Assembly (NCBI GenBank): GCA_963785235.1
Contig: CAWAUM010000011.1
Location: forward strand, 128,001-192,000
From: an uncultured delta proteobacterium
GTDB taxonomy: Bacteria > Desulfobacterota > Desulfomonilia > UBA1062
Direction: 5' to 3'
Length of the DNA: 64,000 nucleotides
Shown here piece by piece: positions 20,008-30,104 of this stretch. The translations under genes and the position numbers were made by a program. Under the pieces are notes generated by a model. That model searched no databases and was not told where the DNA came from. It saw nothing but the letters and a program-made list of their open reading frames with translations. Position 1 is the first letter of the stretch, and each line of letters starts with the position of its first letter.

Positions 20008-21874
20008 TATTCGTATTCCGATACAGCGAGGTCAGGAGGCCCGTTGTCTCTTAGGATTTGTACGGATAAAGTTCTTTATGTAGGTATATCCCGGTTTGCT
20101 TCAGCGCTTTGATTTTCTTGTGCCTCTACCACGTTGCTATCTGCATGCCTGCAATTAAATTTTCAAAATAAATAGGCCGATAAGCAGACATATGATTTGA
20201 AGTCTCACTTGGTGAATAAGCTATAGGTGGGTGGTGCGATGAAAGAAAGTACAAAGGTTTTGTTCCTCCGGCCATTGTTGTTCCAGGAGTCGATAACAGC
20301 TATTATCGTCGTCCCCATGCTCCTGGTCTTTTTCCTGAACGTTTCGGCAGGGGTGAAAAACCACTTTCTCGCAGCTGCCATGGGCGGATTGAATGCAGCG
20401 AATCTAGGCCTCTTATTAGGGGTTATGGTCAAGTATTTCCTCGTCCGGCCCGCCATTGAGGTAATGGATAAGGGCAATGCCAAGCCGGAAGAGGTGCAGA
20501 GAGCTATCCGTTCCATCTCCATCCTTCCCCTGGTAGAGGCGATTACCGTATTCTTGAGGTTTGCCCTCTTAGGGAACCTCATTGCAGTGCTCCCCATGTA
20601 TCTGAAGGGGTATGTAAAATCCGCCGAAATATGGGCGGGGGTCAACGCCCTCATCATGACCGGACTCCTGGTCATACCGTTTTTCTACCTTGCCTCGGAG
20701 AACAGTCTGGTGCCGTTCTACCAGAGATTCAACATGAAGGGTATACTGGACGGCACCATGAAGATCTTCAGGTTGAGTCTCAATCAGAAGCTTCTCATGA
20801 CCATCCTCCTCATTGCAATCCCCCCGATCGGGCTTCTCCTGGGAATCATCTACCTCTCCATGGCCACGGGGTTAGACATGGCCGCCATGCAGTTCGGGTT
20901 CCTGCTCCTCCTTGCAGAGACAGCCCTCATGACGTTCATCAACGGCGGTCTGCTCATGAAGAGTCTGTCGCTCTCGGTTGGGAAGATGTCGCTCATGTTC
21001 GAGGACATGGCGCGTGGTCAAGGAGACCTGACCAAGCGCCTGCACGTGACCGGACTCAACGAGGTGGGGAGGCTTGCCTTCTGGTTTAATGTTTTCATGG
21101 AGGATCTCGAGCAGATAGTGGGACATGTGCGGGAGACCTCGCTGCAACTTCATGAAGCGATAAAGGATGTGAGTGTCGGATCGCAGGACCTGTCCCAGTC
21201 GACCCAGGAGCAGGCGGCCTCTGTGGAGGAGATTTCGGCGTCTATCGAGGAGATGAACAGTACGGTGCTGCACAATGCGGATATGATCCGGGAGGGGCAG
21301 GACACGTCGAATGCCATCACCAAGCTCATAGGCCACAGCAAGCAGGTGTTTGCGGACCTGATGAAGGCGATCCAGGGGATCTCGCTCGACTCCAAGAAGA
21401 TCGGGGACATCGTGCTGACGGTGAACGAGGTGGCCTTCCATACGAATCTTCTGGCCTTGAATGCCTCGGTGGAAGCGGCCAGGGCAGGAGAGCACGGGAA
21501 GGGTTTTGCGGTGGTTGCGGGCGAGGTACGTTCGCTTGCCCAGCGCTCCGCCGGAGCGGCAAGCGAGATCAAGGCGCTGATCGAAGGCACGGTGGGCCGG
21601 ATCAAGAACGGTGATGAGATGATGGCCAAGACGTCGTCCTCATTGGAAGAGCTCATGAGCCGCATGGAATTCTTTTTCAGGATGATGGAGGTGATCGGCA
21701 CGTCGAGCACGGAACAGACGCAGAACATCGGTGAGCTGAGCCGGGCCATATCGCAGATAGACGGGTCCACGCAGCACAACGCCTCGACGGTTGAAGAGCT
21801 GGCGAGCACCCTGGACAACCTGCGCACCATGGCGACAGTTCTCGCCGAGGACGTCCAGAAGTTCAAGACATCGC
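19309..21874 (+). repeat. ~690-bp near-identical direct repeat (19309-19999 / 21184-21874)
   Basis: The 3' halves of the two MCP genes match at offset 1875 with mostly synonymous differences. Confidence 0.9.
20156..20183 (+). promoter_or_regulatory. sigma28 (FliA) promoter of MCP2
   Basis: TAAATTTT-N12-GCCGATAA (consensus -10), same spacing as at MCP1. Confidence 0.7.
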
Positions 21875-21885
21875 TTGATGAATGA
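20239..21885 (+). CDS. Methyl-accepting chemotaxis protein, tandem paralogue
   Basis: Same architecture as MCP1; signalling domain nearly identical. Confidence 0.95.
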   Translation: MKESTKVLFLRPLLFQESITAIIVVPMLLVFFLNVSAGVKNHFLAAAMGGLNAANLGLLLGVMVKYFLVRPAIEVMDKGNAKPEEVQRAIRSISILPLVEAITVFLRFALLGNLIAVLPMYLKGYVKSAEIWAGVNALIMTGLLVIPFFYLASENSLVPFYQRFNMKGILDGTMKIFRLSLNQKLLMTILLIAIPPIGLLLGIIYLSMATGLDMAAMQFGFLLLLAETALMTFINGGLLMKSLSLSVGKMSLMFEDMARGQGDLTKRLHVTGLNEVGRLAFWFNVFMEDLEQIVGHVRETSLQLHEAIKDVSVGSQDLSQSTQEQAASVEEISASIEEMNSTVLHNADMIREGQDTSNAITKLIGHSKQVFADLMKAIQGISLDSKKIGDIVLTVNEVAFHTNLLALNASVEAARAGEHGKGFAVVAGEVRSLAQRSAGAASEIKALIEGTVGRIKNGDEMMAKTSSSLEELMSRMEFFFRMMEVIGTSSTEQTQNIGELSRAISQIDGSTQHNASTVEELASTLDNLRTMATVLAEDVQKFKTSLDE

Positions 21886-21939
21886 TTGAGGGTGGTTTCA
21901 GGTAGCCCTTATTGTCTTGCAGTTCATGGACTATGAAGC

Positions 21940-23113
21940 TCAGGAGATCTCAGCCTCACTCAGGTAGCATGCAGGGTCCTCGCCCCAGGTGTCGCCGGTG
22001 GCCGCCTCGGCCCGAGCCCTGAAGTTGCCCGCGCATACGTCGAGCCACCTGCATCCCCGGCACCTTCCCTGTACGAAATCCTTCTTGTTTTTCATCTGCA
22101 TGAGGAACTCGTTTTTCGTGTTGTCCCATATCTCGGGGAAAGGTTTTTCCAGGACATTGCCCAGCACCTTGGTGCGCCAGAACTGGTCGGGGTACACATC
22201 GCCGTCCCAGTTGATGCAGCCGATGCCCAGGCCAGAAGAGTTGCCTGCGTTCATCTTCATCAGTTCCAGAACCTCTCCTGCTCGCGGATTGCCTTCTTTC
22301 ATCATGCGCAGGTATACGTACGGGCCGTCAGCATGGTTGTCTACGGTGAGCACCTCAACATTCCGGCCGGCATCGATCATCTCCCTTGTACGGTCCATGA
22401 TGAGGTCAAGGGTCTGCCTGGTCTGCTCGTGCGTGAGGTCGTCTGCCATGAGCTCCTTGGCCCTGCCGGTATAGACCAGGTGATAGAAGCAGATCCTGGG
22501 TATGCCCTCTTTTCTCATGAGGTCGAATATGCCGGGTATCTGATCCGCGTTACGCCGGTTCATGGTGAAGCGGAGCCCCACCTTGATGTTCTGGTGCATG
22601 GCATTATAGATGCCCGGCCAGGGCCTCCTTGAAAGCGCCTTTGACCCCCCGGAAGGTGTCGTTTATTTCTTCCAGGCCGTCCAGGCTCACCCCGATGTAG
22701 GAAAGGCCAAGGTCGGCAAACCGCATGGCCATGTCCTGGGAGATGAGCGTTCCGTTGGTGGAGATGACTGCGCGCATGCCGGACTTTACCGCTGCGTCGA
22801 TGAGCCTCGGGAGGTCCTTGCGGATGGTGGGCTCGCCACCCGAGAACAGGACCACAGGGGCGCCGTAGTCTGCAAGTGTTGCTATGAGTTCGAGCCCCTG
22901 CTTGGTTGTGAGCTCCTGTTCAGCCTTGCCCGCAGAGGCATAGCAGTGCACGCACTTGAGGTTGCACGCACTTGTTATGTTCCAGACCACCACGGGCTTC
23001 TTGTCAATAGAGAACTGGAGCAGGTGGGATGGCAGTTCCTTGGATGAACGGCCGTAGCGCAAAGGGTCTGATGCCTCGACGGTGCCGCAGTAGAGCTTTG
23101 ATATGCCGATCAT
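21940..23113 (-). CDS. ahbC: Radical SAM/SPASM heme biosynthesis protein AhbC (NirJ1) (frameshift near 22600)
   Basis: MIGISKLYCG...LPSHLLQFS.DKKPVVVWN, CNLKCVHC, LTVDNHADG, PDQFW, CAGNFRARAEA...DPACYL. Confidence 0.9.
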
Positions 23114-24591
23114 GGTGTTTCTCCTAGTAATGTCTTGATGATGCCCTCATCAGTGTATTCGGATGCGATGAGGGCAGGGGTGAGGCCATAGCCTTCCATG
23201 GCCTTCGCCGTGACCGGCCCGATGGCGACGAGTCTTTTGGCGCCAAGAAGTGCAGGTTCGCCTCCCAGGAGCTCAAGGGCATGCCTGATGCCTGAAGGGC
23301 TCGTGAAGATGGCGGTGTCAATGCCAATGAGGGCCTGCAGGAACGTTTCCGGGCTCGCGGTTTTTGGAAGGATGGTATCGTAGACGATGATCTCGTCCAC
23401 CAAGGCCCCCCTGGCCTGCAGTGCCTCAACCAGGTAGGGTCTTGCGCCTCTGGCCCTGGGCAGGCACACCTTCCGGCCCGTGAGATCCCTGTTGCCGAGG
23501 AGCTCCACAATACCTTCAGCCCTGAATTCACGCGCCATGCCATCGGCAACGATCCCATAGCCTTTCAATGCATCGCGTGTTTTGGGTCCGATGCACAAGA
23601 CCTCTGTTGATGAGAATGTCCTGGCATCTTTACCTTGTGAGAACAGCTTATCAAAGAACAGGCTCACCGCGTTCTGGGAGGTGAAGATGAGCATGTCACA
23701 GGTCTTGAGGTCAGGTATTTCAAACGGCAGTGCAGCGATCTCGATGAGGGGGTAGACCACCGCCCTGGCGCCCTTGGACGCAAAGAGAGAGGCCGTCTCA
23801 AAGGCAAGGTGGTCAGGCCTTGTGATGAGCACCGACATGCCGGACATGGGCAGGTCATTCTTGGAGAAGAGTTTCTCGCTCAGGTTCACCACCTTACCAA
23901 CGACGATGATGCAGGGCGAGGCTATATGCTTAAGCTCTGCCTCATGACCAATGGAACTTAAGGTGGAGATGATCTGGCGTTGAAAGGGGGTTGTTGCCTC
24001 CTGTACCACTGCGCAAGGTGTGTCTGGGGCCATGCCTTCTTCCATAAGCTTGCTGGCTATGGCTCCGATCCTGCCCGCACCCATGAGGAATACGATGGTG
24101 CCAGGCTCCTTGGCCAGATGAGGCCAGTCGAGGAAACCGGAATCCTTGGTTGGGTCTTCGTGGGCCGTGACAAAGGTTACCGATGCTGCAAACCCCCTGT
24201 GTGTTGGCGGGATGCCTGCGCTTATGGGGCCGGCAATGGCTGAGGTGATGCCGGGGATGATCTCAACAGGGATGCCGTGGCCCCTTAAAAATAATGCCTC
24301 CTCCCCGCCTCGGCCGAAGATACAGGGGTCGCCGCCTTTGAGGCGGGCCACGTTCAGCCCTTCCTGTGCGAGTTCCAAAAGCAGCCCGTTGATCTGGGGC
24401 TGTTTCATGTATTCCTTGCCGGCGCGTTTGCCCACATAGATCTTCCGGGCCTGCCCGGGTGCAAGTCCTAAGACCTCTTCGGGGATAAGGTCGTCGTAGA
24501 CCACGGCATCGCATCCTTCAAGGATGCGCCGTGCCTTGATGGTAATAAGCTCCGGATCACCCGGACCTGCCCCGATAAGAAATACCTTCAT
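23110..24591 (-). CDS. cobA: Uroporphyrinogen-III C-methyltransferase/synthase fusion (CobA-HemD)
   Basis: GAGPGDPELIT, RLKGGDP.IFGRGGEE; HemD motifs FTSQNAV, IGPKT, FTSPS. Confidence 0.93.
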   Translation of the reverse strand: MKVFLIGAGPGDPELITIKARRILEGCDAVVYDDLIPEEVLGLAPGQARKIYVGKRAGKEYMKQPQINGLLLELAQEGLNVARLKGGDPCIFGRGGEEALFLRGHGIPVEIIPGITSAIAGPISAGIPPTHRGFAASVTFVTAHEDPTKDSGFLDWPHLAKEPGTIVFLMGAGRIGAIASKLMEEGMAPDTPCAVVQEATTPFQRQIISTLSSIGHEAELKHIASPCIIVVGKVVNLSEKLFSKNDLPMSGMSVLITRPDHLAFETASLFASKGARAVVYPLIEIAALPFEIPDLKTCDMLIFTSQNAVSLFFDKLFSQGKDARTFSSTEVLCIGPKTRDALKGYGIVADGMAREFRAEGIVELLGNRDLTGRKVCLPRARGARPYLVEALQARGALVDEIIVYDTILPKTASPETFLQALIGIDTAIFTSPSGIRHALELLGGEPALLGAKRLVAIGPVTAKAMEGYGLTPALIASEYTDEGIIKTLLGETP

Positions 24592-25478
24592 TGCGAACCG
24601 TTCCCGTGTATTTTCTCCATGAGGTTCATTGCCAGGGCGCTTCCTACCTCCGTAGTCGTGCCATTCATGGACATCTTGGCCATGGTTGCCTCGTCCGGCG
24701 ATCCGAGCATGCCCGTGATGGAGATTTCTTGGCCATTCACAACAGCAAGCGCGCCTGCCGGGAGGTTACAGTCCGCTCCGAGCTTTGCCAGGAAAGTCCG
24801 CTCGGCCTCGGCGCATACCCTGGTAGGGGAATGATCGAGCTTGCCAAGCATCTCTTTGAGCTCGGTATCTTTTTCCCTGCACTCCACTGCAATGATGCCC
24901 TGGCCGGGTGAAGGTATCATCTTTTGGGGATCAATGGCAATGCCAAGGGGTAATCCGAGCCTGATAACTCCGGCTGCCGCCAGGATGACCGCATCGAAGT
25001 TTTCTCCCGCCTTTTTCAACCGGGTAGGCACATTCCCCCTGATCTCCATGACCTTAAGATCAGGTCGGACCATTTTGATCTGGCACCTCCTGCGCATGCT
25101 GGAAGTGCCGATGCTTGATCCGACCGGCAGGGTATCCAGGTCATAGTTACTTTTGGAGAAGAGCATGTCCCGTGGATCTTCCCGGGTAAGGCATGCACCT
25201 ATGATAAGTCCCCGGGGCAAGACGGCCTGCATATCCTTCAGGCTGTGAACCGCCATGTCGATATGTCCCTTCATGAGTTGGCGCTCGATGTCCTTGACAA
25301 AAACACCCTTGCCGCCAATGGCATCCAGCGGGGCGTCGGCCAGGATATCGCCGGCTGTGCTGATAGTGACGACCTCGGTAACTAGCCCGGGCACTGCCCG
25401 GTCCAGCGCAGATCTCACCATCTCAGTCTGGGCCAGCGCCAGGGCGCTACCCCTTGTGCCGATCCGAAAAGTCCTCAT
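24588..25478 (-). CDS. hemC: Hydroxymethylbilane synthase
   Basis: IGTRGSALAL, GKGVFVKDIE, VHSLKD, GTSSMRR, IRGNVPTRL. Confidence 0.95.
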   Translation of the reverse strand: MRTFRIGTRGSALALAQTEMVRSALDRAVPGLVTEVVTISTAGDILADAPLDAIGGKGVFVKDIERQLMKGHIDMAVHSLKDMQAVLPRGLIIGACLTREDPRDMLFSKSNYDLDTLPVGSSIGTSSMRRRCQIKMVRPDLKVMEIRGNVPTRLKKAGENFDAVILAAAGVIRLGLPLGIAIDPQKMIPSPGQGIIAVECREKDTELKEMLGKLDHSPTRVCAEAERTFLAKLGADCNLPAGALAVVNGQEISITGMLGSPDEATMAKMSMNGTTTEVGSALAMNLMEKIHGNGSQ

Positions 25479-26682
25479 CAAGCTGAAATATCCTCCGTAC
25501 GTTCTCGATATATTTAATCTGTGGATGTTCCTTCAGAAAGCTCACGGGCCGGTGAAGCAGTCTTTTATAGGATGCCCGCAAAGAGTTTTCCACAACGGAT
25601 TTTTTATCATCAGGGATGGACAGAGAGTCAAGCTGGTCTGCGATATGGGATTCCATGAGGTTGAACAGGTCTTTGATGGTGGACTGGGCGGACAGTGAAT
25701 CCAGCCATTTTTCAAACTTGTCAACCTCCTGGTCGATAATTCCGAGGGCCCTTTTCGCTTCTGTTTCACGGTGGGCGAAGTGCTTATCAACAATGGCCTT
25801 CAAGCCATCGATGTCGTAGAGATAGCAGTTGTAGCACTTGCCCACGGCCTCCTCTACGTCCCTGGGCACAGCGATGTCGATGATGATAATGGGCCGGTTC
25901 TTCCTGACCTTCATGGCCGTTGCCACCATGTCCCTGGTAATGATGGGGCGCATGGACCCGGTGGAGGTGATGACGATGTCGCTTGCAGCAAGCTCATCTG
26001 ACAGGCTTTCGAAAGGCAGTGCACTGCCGCCCAGGTCTTTCGCAAGGTCACAGGCTGCGCTCAGGGTACGGTTGATGATGTGCATGTGTTTTACACCCCT
26101 GTCTTTCAGGCGTCTGGCAGCAATACCCGCCATGTCGCCTGCCCCTATGATGAGCACTGAGCTTTCATTGATATCTCCGAAGATGTGCTCGGCCAGCTCG
26201 ACTGCCTCTGATGCCACCGAGACGGGGTAATCCCCTATGCCGGTCTCGGTGCGGATACGTTTTGCAGTCCTGAACGCCCGGTGGAGGGCCTTGTTCAGGA
26301 TGGTGTCAGTGATGTTTGCAGCAAGGGCATGCCGGTAGGAATCCTTCAACTGCCCAAGGATCTGGGGTTCGCCCAGGACCAGCGAGTCAAGGCCCGAGGC
26401 TACCATGAAGAGGTGGCGGACCGCATCAACGCCGCTGAGATACTCGGAAACCTTTTCGATCCTTGCGCTATCGACCCCTGAGAGGCCTTCGAGAAGCTTC
26501 AGCAGGGATGCCTTTTCCAGGGAGGTGAAGTAAACCTCGGTGCGGTTGCAGGTATTCAAGGGGCAAGCCTCGGCGTCATGAGTGAGTATGGACTGGAGAT
26601 CCGCAGGCTCGATCCTGATGCGTTCCCTGATGTCCACCGGGGCGTTTTTGTGGTTGATACTGACGCAGCAGATCCTTTCCAT
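25447..26682 (-). CDS. hemA: Glutamyl-tRNA reductase
   Basis: TCNRTE, SGLDSLVLGEPQILGQ, GAGDM, DIAVPRD. Confidence 0.95.
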   Translation of the reverse strand: MERICCVSINHKNAPVDIRERIRIEPADLQSILTHDAEACPLNTCNRTEVYFTSLEKASLLKLLEGLSGVDSARIEKVSEYLSGVDAVRHLFMVASGLDSLVLGEPQILGQLKDSYRHALAANITDTILNKALHRAFRTAKRIRTETGIGDYPVSVASEAVELAEHIFGDINESSVLIIGAGDMAGIAARRLKDRGVKHMHIINRTLSAACDLAKDLGGSALPFESLSDELAASDIVITSTGSMRPIITRDMVATAMKVRKNRPIIIIDIAVPRDVEEAVGKCYNCYLYDIDGLKAIVDKHFAHRETEAKRALGIIDQEVDKFEKWLDSLSAQSTIKDLFNLMESHIADQLDSLSIPDDKKSVVENSLRASYKRLLHRPVSFLKEHPQIKYIENVRRIFQLDEDFSDRHKG

Positions 26683-27494
26683 CAGATAAGCCTTATTCCA
26701 TGGGAGTCAGGGAAGGCGAGGTTGATAACGATGAATAACAGCGCCATGAGCCCAAAGCCCATGAGGGTTATAATGGCAGTGCGCCTCCCTTTCCATCCGA
26801 TGGCCAGCCTCTGGTGCAGGCTCAGGGCAAAGACAAGCCATGTCAGGCTTCCGGCAATTACCTTGGGGGCTATATGGCTGAATCGAAGCCCTGCTGAGGA
26901 TGCCCACAGGCCTCCTAAGATCATGCCGAGCGTGATGGCAATGAAGCCGAACGAGAGCGATATATACAGTATGGTATCCAGTATGGTGAGCGGCGGCAGG
27001 GCGGATACGGACGTGTGGATGGATCCTGTGCGGATATTGTGCTCGTGTATGAGGTAAACCACCGAGACAATGGCTGCCACGACGAAAAAGGCCTCACCCG
27101 CGATAACGCTCAGGGTATGAAGGGGGTAGAAATACTGATACGAGATCATCAAGACTTCAGGTTGGACCTGCAGGGATGGGGCGATGAAGGCCAGCACACA
27201 CGAGGCCACAGGCAGGAAGAATGCTGCGAGCACCGATGTGCGCCTTTTCATGACATAAGGCACGAATGCCATTGATGAGAAAAATATGATGACATTGAGG
27301 GCCTGGCTTGGCGTAGCCACAGGGAGACGGCCTGATGTATGCCATAATGTTATGACAAAGAGCGCATGGGCGGCAATACATACTGCGTAGAAAAACCGTA
27401 ACGGGACAAGGAGGCTTTTTCTTCTTGAGAAGAGATAGGCAATGAATCCGAGACCGGTCAGGGTGTAGAGGACCAGGACGAGGGAGATGGTCAT
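26682..27494 (-). CDS. Cytochrome c assembly protein (CcsA/HemX-like)
   Basis: Multi-TM protein, LPPL..LD, GWKGRRTA; lies upstream of hemA. Confidence 0.8.
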   Translation of the reverse strand: MTISLVLVLYTLTGLGFIAYLFSRRKSLLVPLRFFYAVCIAAHALFVITLWHTSGRLPVATPSQALNVIIFFSSMAFVPYVMKRRTSVLAAFFLPVASCVLAFIAPSLQVQPEVLMISYQYFYPLHTLSVIAGEAFFVVAAIVSVVYLIHEHNIRTGSIHTSVSALPPLTILDTILYISLSFGFIAITLGMILGGLWASSAGLRFSHIAPKVIAGSLTWLVFALSLHQRLAIGWKGRRTAIITLMGFGLMALLFIVINLAFPDSHGIRLI

Positions 27495-28153
27495 GGTATG
27501 ATCCCCGTCAGGTCGATGTGCTGCCCCAGTGCCTGGAAGAGGATATCCTCGGCGAGCCTGCGGTCGCCCGAGCGGATGGCATCGATAAGCTCCGAATCGA
27601 TGAGCAGCTCAAAGATCCTCTTGTGATCATCGGAGGTGCCTCTCTGAGAACGGACAAGGGGACGGATTAACCCTAAGATGGCTGCCAGGCCTACGTACTC
27701 GTCACCGATGTTCTTGCCGATGAGCATGCGCAATCTCCTGGAAAGGGTAGGGGAAAAGCCGCCCGTGGAGATGGCGATCTTTATGGGGCCACGGTCCACT
27801 ATGGAGGGTACAATGAACGAGCAGAGTTCGGGTCTGTCCACTACATTACAGAAGATACGGCGTTGGAGGGCCTCTTCACTCACAGCACGGTTTATCTTCT
27901 CGCTGTCCGTGGCTGCGATTACCAGGAAGGCCCCCTCCAGATCGTCTTCCTCGTATTCCCTGAGATCTATGGCAACATCGGCGGTTTCTGCAATCTCACT
28001 CACTACCTGTGGCGCTATGACCTTAACCCTTGCGCCTGCCTTCACCAGAGATTCCACCTTCCGGGCCGCCACCATACCCCCTCCCACAACCACTGCGAGC
28101 CTGTCCCGCAAGTCAACGAAGATCGGAAAGTACATGTTTTCCTGATTATCCAT
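27491..28153 (-). CDS. Precorrin-2 dehydrogenase/sirohydrochlorin ferrochelatase (CysG-N/SirC)
   Basis: YFPIFVDL, VVGGGMVAARK, NVVDRPELCSFIVP, AISTGG.SP. Confidence 0.92.
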   Translation of the reverse strand: MDNQENMYFPIFVDLRDRLAVVVGGGMVAARKVESLVKAGARVKVIAPQVVSEIAETADVAIDLREYEEDDLEGAFLVIAATDSEKINRAVSEEALQRRIFCNVVDRPELCSFIVPSIVDRGPIKIAISTGGFSPTLSRRLRMLIGKNIGDEYVGLAAILGLIRPLVRSQRGTSDDHKRIFELLIDSELIDAIRSGDRRLAEDILFQALGQHIDLTGIIP

Positions 28154-28159
28154 TGGGGA

Positions 28160-28918
28160 CTACAGTACCTCTTTCATCCAGTCCCGGATGATCTGTATGA
28201 TCCGGGGGTCTTTTCGCAACTGGTGGCCGGCACCTTCCAAGATAGTTATCTTCTTGGGTTGCCATGCCTTATCATAGAGCTTCCTGGCATGGCTTACAGG
28301 AACGGTCTCGTCATGGTCGCCATGCACGATCCCTACCGGCCGTGGGTATATGAACGGCAGCCAGTGGGCCGGATCAACTTCGAGAAAATCGTTGTACCAT
28401 TTCATGATATCTTCGGGAAAGGAATCGTCACGAATAGTCCCGATGGAAAGGAAGTGTGCCCTCAGGAGGGAGGGGTCCTCGGGTAAGATATCGGCAAAGT
28501 TGCATGGTGTTGCCATGAGGAGCAGGCTTGCAACATGCTTATTATATGAAACGATCCTTGCAGCAACGGCCCCGCCTGCAGAAAAACCGATACAGTGGAT
28601 GGATTTCGGCTCAATACCGGGGCAGTCGTAAACCTTATCGATGACAGCGTCCAGGTCATTGTGCCAGCTTGACATGTCGATGTTTCCCTCGGACAGCCCA
28701 CAGCCTGAAAAATTAAAGGTGGCACATGCAAAACCGTGGCTGGTGAATTCTTCAAAGAGGGGAATATAGCCCCTGTCACTGGGGTCTGGTTTCGAGCCTG
28801 GTATCCCGTGGCAGAAGATAAGCGCTGGCAGCAGGCCTTTCGGTGCAGGCTCAGGAAAGTAGAGCCATGCCTTGATTTTTCTCCCCTGGCGGGTGAGTGC
28901 TAACTCTCTCGATTTCAT
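28160..28918 (-). CDS. Alpha/beta hydrolase
   Basis: CHGIPG, GFSAGG nucleophile elbow, VHGDHDETVP, GAGH. Confidence 0.85.
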   Translation of the reverse strand: MKSRELALTRQGRKIKAWLYFPEPAPKGLLPALIFCHGIPGSKPDPSDRGYIPLFEEFTSHGFACATFNFSGCGLSEGNIDMSSWHNDLDAVIDKVYDCPGIEPKSIHCIGFSAGGAVAARIVSYNKHVASLLLMATPCNFADILPEDPSLLRAHFLSIGTIRDDSFPEDIMKWYNDFLEVDPAHWLPFIYPRPVGIVHGDHDETVPVSHARKLYDKAWQPKKITILEGAGHQLRKDPRIIQIIRDWMKEVL

Positions 28919-29990
28919 CCTGCAGCAGCTTGTATCTCCTGTAAACGTAGGCCCACGATTTGAGCTCATTCTCATCAAGCACCAACTCGTCATTGTCCGG
29001 GAATGCCCTTACCGGCAGCCGGTTACTTCCGGCGAGCTGTCTCATGCTGTGCTCTGGTATGTCTAAAAGCCTGGAGGCCTCAATGATGGACATGCGGGCT
29101 TTTTTGCCTCCACCCACCTTTTTAAAAACAAAGGTCTGGAGGATTGTCTTCTGTGTCTGCTCCGGATCAATGGCATGCGCCCTGTCGAGATAGGAAGTGT
29201 ATTCCTCGTCCATCTGATATTTAATATTGCCGAGTTCCACAAGGGCCCTTATATCGCCAGGGTGTTCTTCTAACATCTTCTCAAGGATTTCATATGCGTG
29301 CACCATGTCGTTGAGGAAGAAGTGGATCTCAGAGAGATAAAGGTAGGTATCCTTCTCCTTATCGCCTAGTTCCATGGCCCTTGTAAACATCTCCAGGGCA
29401 AGATCCAGATGGCCCAGTTCGCGGTGGCAGATGCCTATGAGCTTGGTTATGAATGGGCTTGTGGAGCACAGGATGTTCGCCTTTTCCAGATCATCTGCCG
29501 CTATGGTATAGTATCCTTGTGACATCTTGTCCGTGGCCCGGCCCATGAAGATTTTGAAGCGCTCCTCAAAATCCTTGGCGCTCAAAGAGCTGGATCCATC
29601 CTTGAAGTGGAACCCCGAGGTGCACAGGTCAATGAACTCGCGGTTCTCATGAAGATCTTCCTCAATATTGAGTACATCTATCACCCGCTGGCACAGGTTT
29701 TTTATAGGCAGCATGGTGTCGGTCTTGTTGGCTACAAAGAGCCCGACGTTTAAGGCCTCATTTTTTTCAATCTCAGAAAGGTGCTTGGCCTCGCTGATAA
29801 GTTCTTTGAAAAAGAAGTTCACCATCTCTTTGGAGTTGGTTATAGGTAGCACCATGGCCGATTTATACTCTCCGCCGGGACAGGTATATTCGAAACTCAG
29901 CCACAGCTCCCGATATTCGTTATCAATTCGTTCCACTTCTACTGAAATGAGCTCAATAAGCCCTCTTGGGTGTTCCAATTTTCCGCGCAT
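28851..29990 (-). CDS. TPR protein with C-terminal excisionase-like HTH
   Basis: TPR-like helical repeats; C-terminal MSIIEASRLLDIPEHSMRQLAGSNRLP. Confidence 0.65.
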   Translation of the reverse strand: MRGKLEHPRGLIELISVEVERIDNEYRELWLSFEYTCPGGEYKSAMVLPITNSKEMVNFFFKELISEAKHLSEIEKNEALNVGLFVANKTDTMLPIKNLCQRVIDVLNIEEDLHENREFIDLCTSGFHFKDGSSSLSAKDFEERFKIFMGRATDKMSQGYYTIAADDLEKANILCSTSPFITKLIGICHRELGHLDLALEMFTRAMELGDKEKDTYLYLSEIHFFLNDMVHAYEILEKMLEEHPGDIRALVELGNIKYQMDEEYTSYLDRAHAIDPEQTQKTILQTFVFKKVGGGKKARMSIIEASRLLDIPEHSMRQLAGSNRLPVRAFPDNDELVLDENELKSWAYVYRRYKLLQDEIERVSTHPPGEKNQGMALLS

Positions 29991-29996
29991 GGCTTA

Positions 29997-30025
29997 GATG
30001 TATTCTCTGGAGTATGAAAAGTCAA
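29997..30025 (-). promoter_or_regulatory. sigma70 promoter, leaderless TPR/heme operon
   Basis: TTGACT-N17-TACATC, ATG 6 nt downstream, no SD. Confidence 0.5.
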
Positions 30026-30104
30026 CACGAACCCAAGATGGCCTTGAAAACTCAGTAGAAATCAGGAATAAATTATGTTAGCCATGGGTATTGGAGGTGA
30101 CTCT

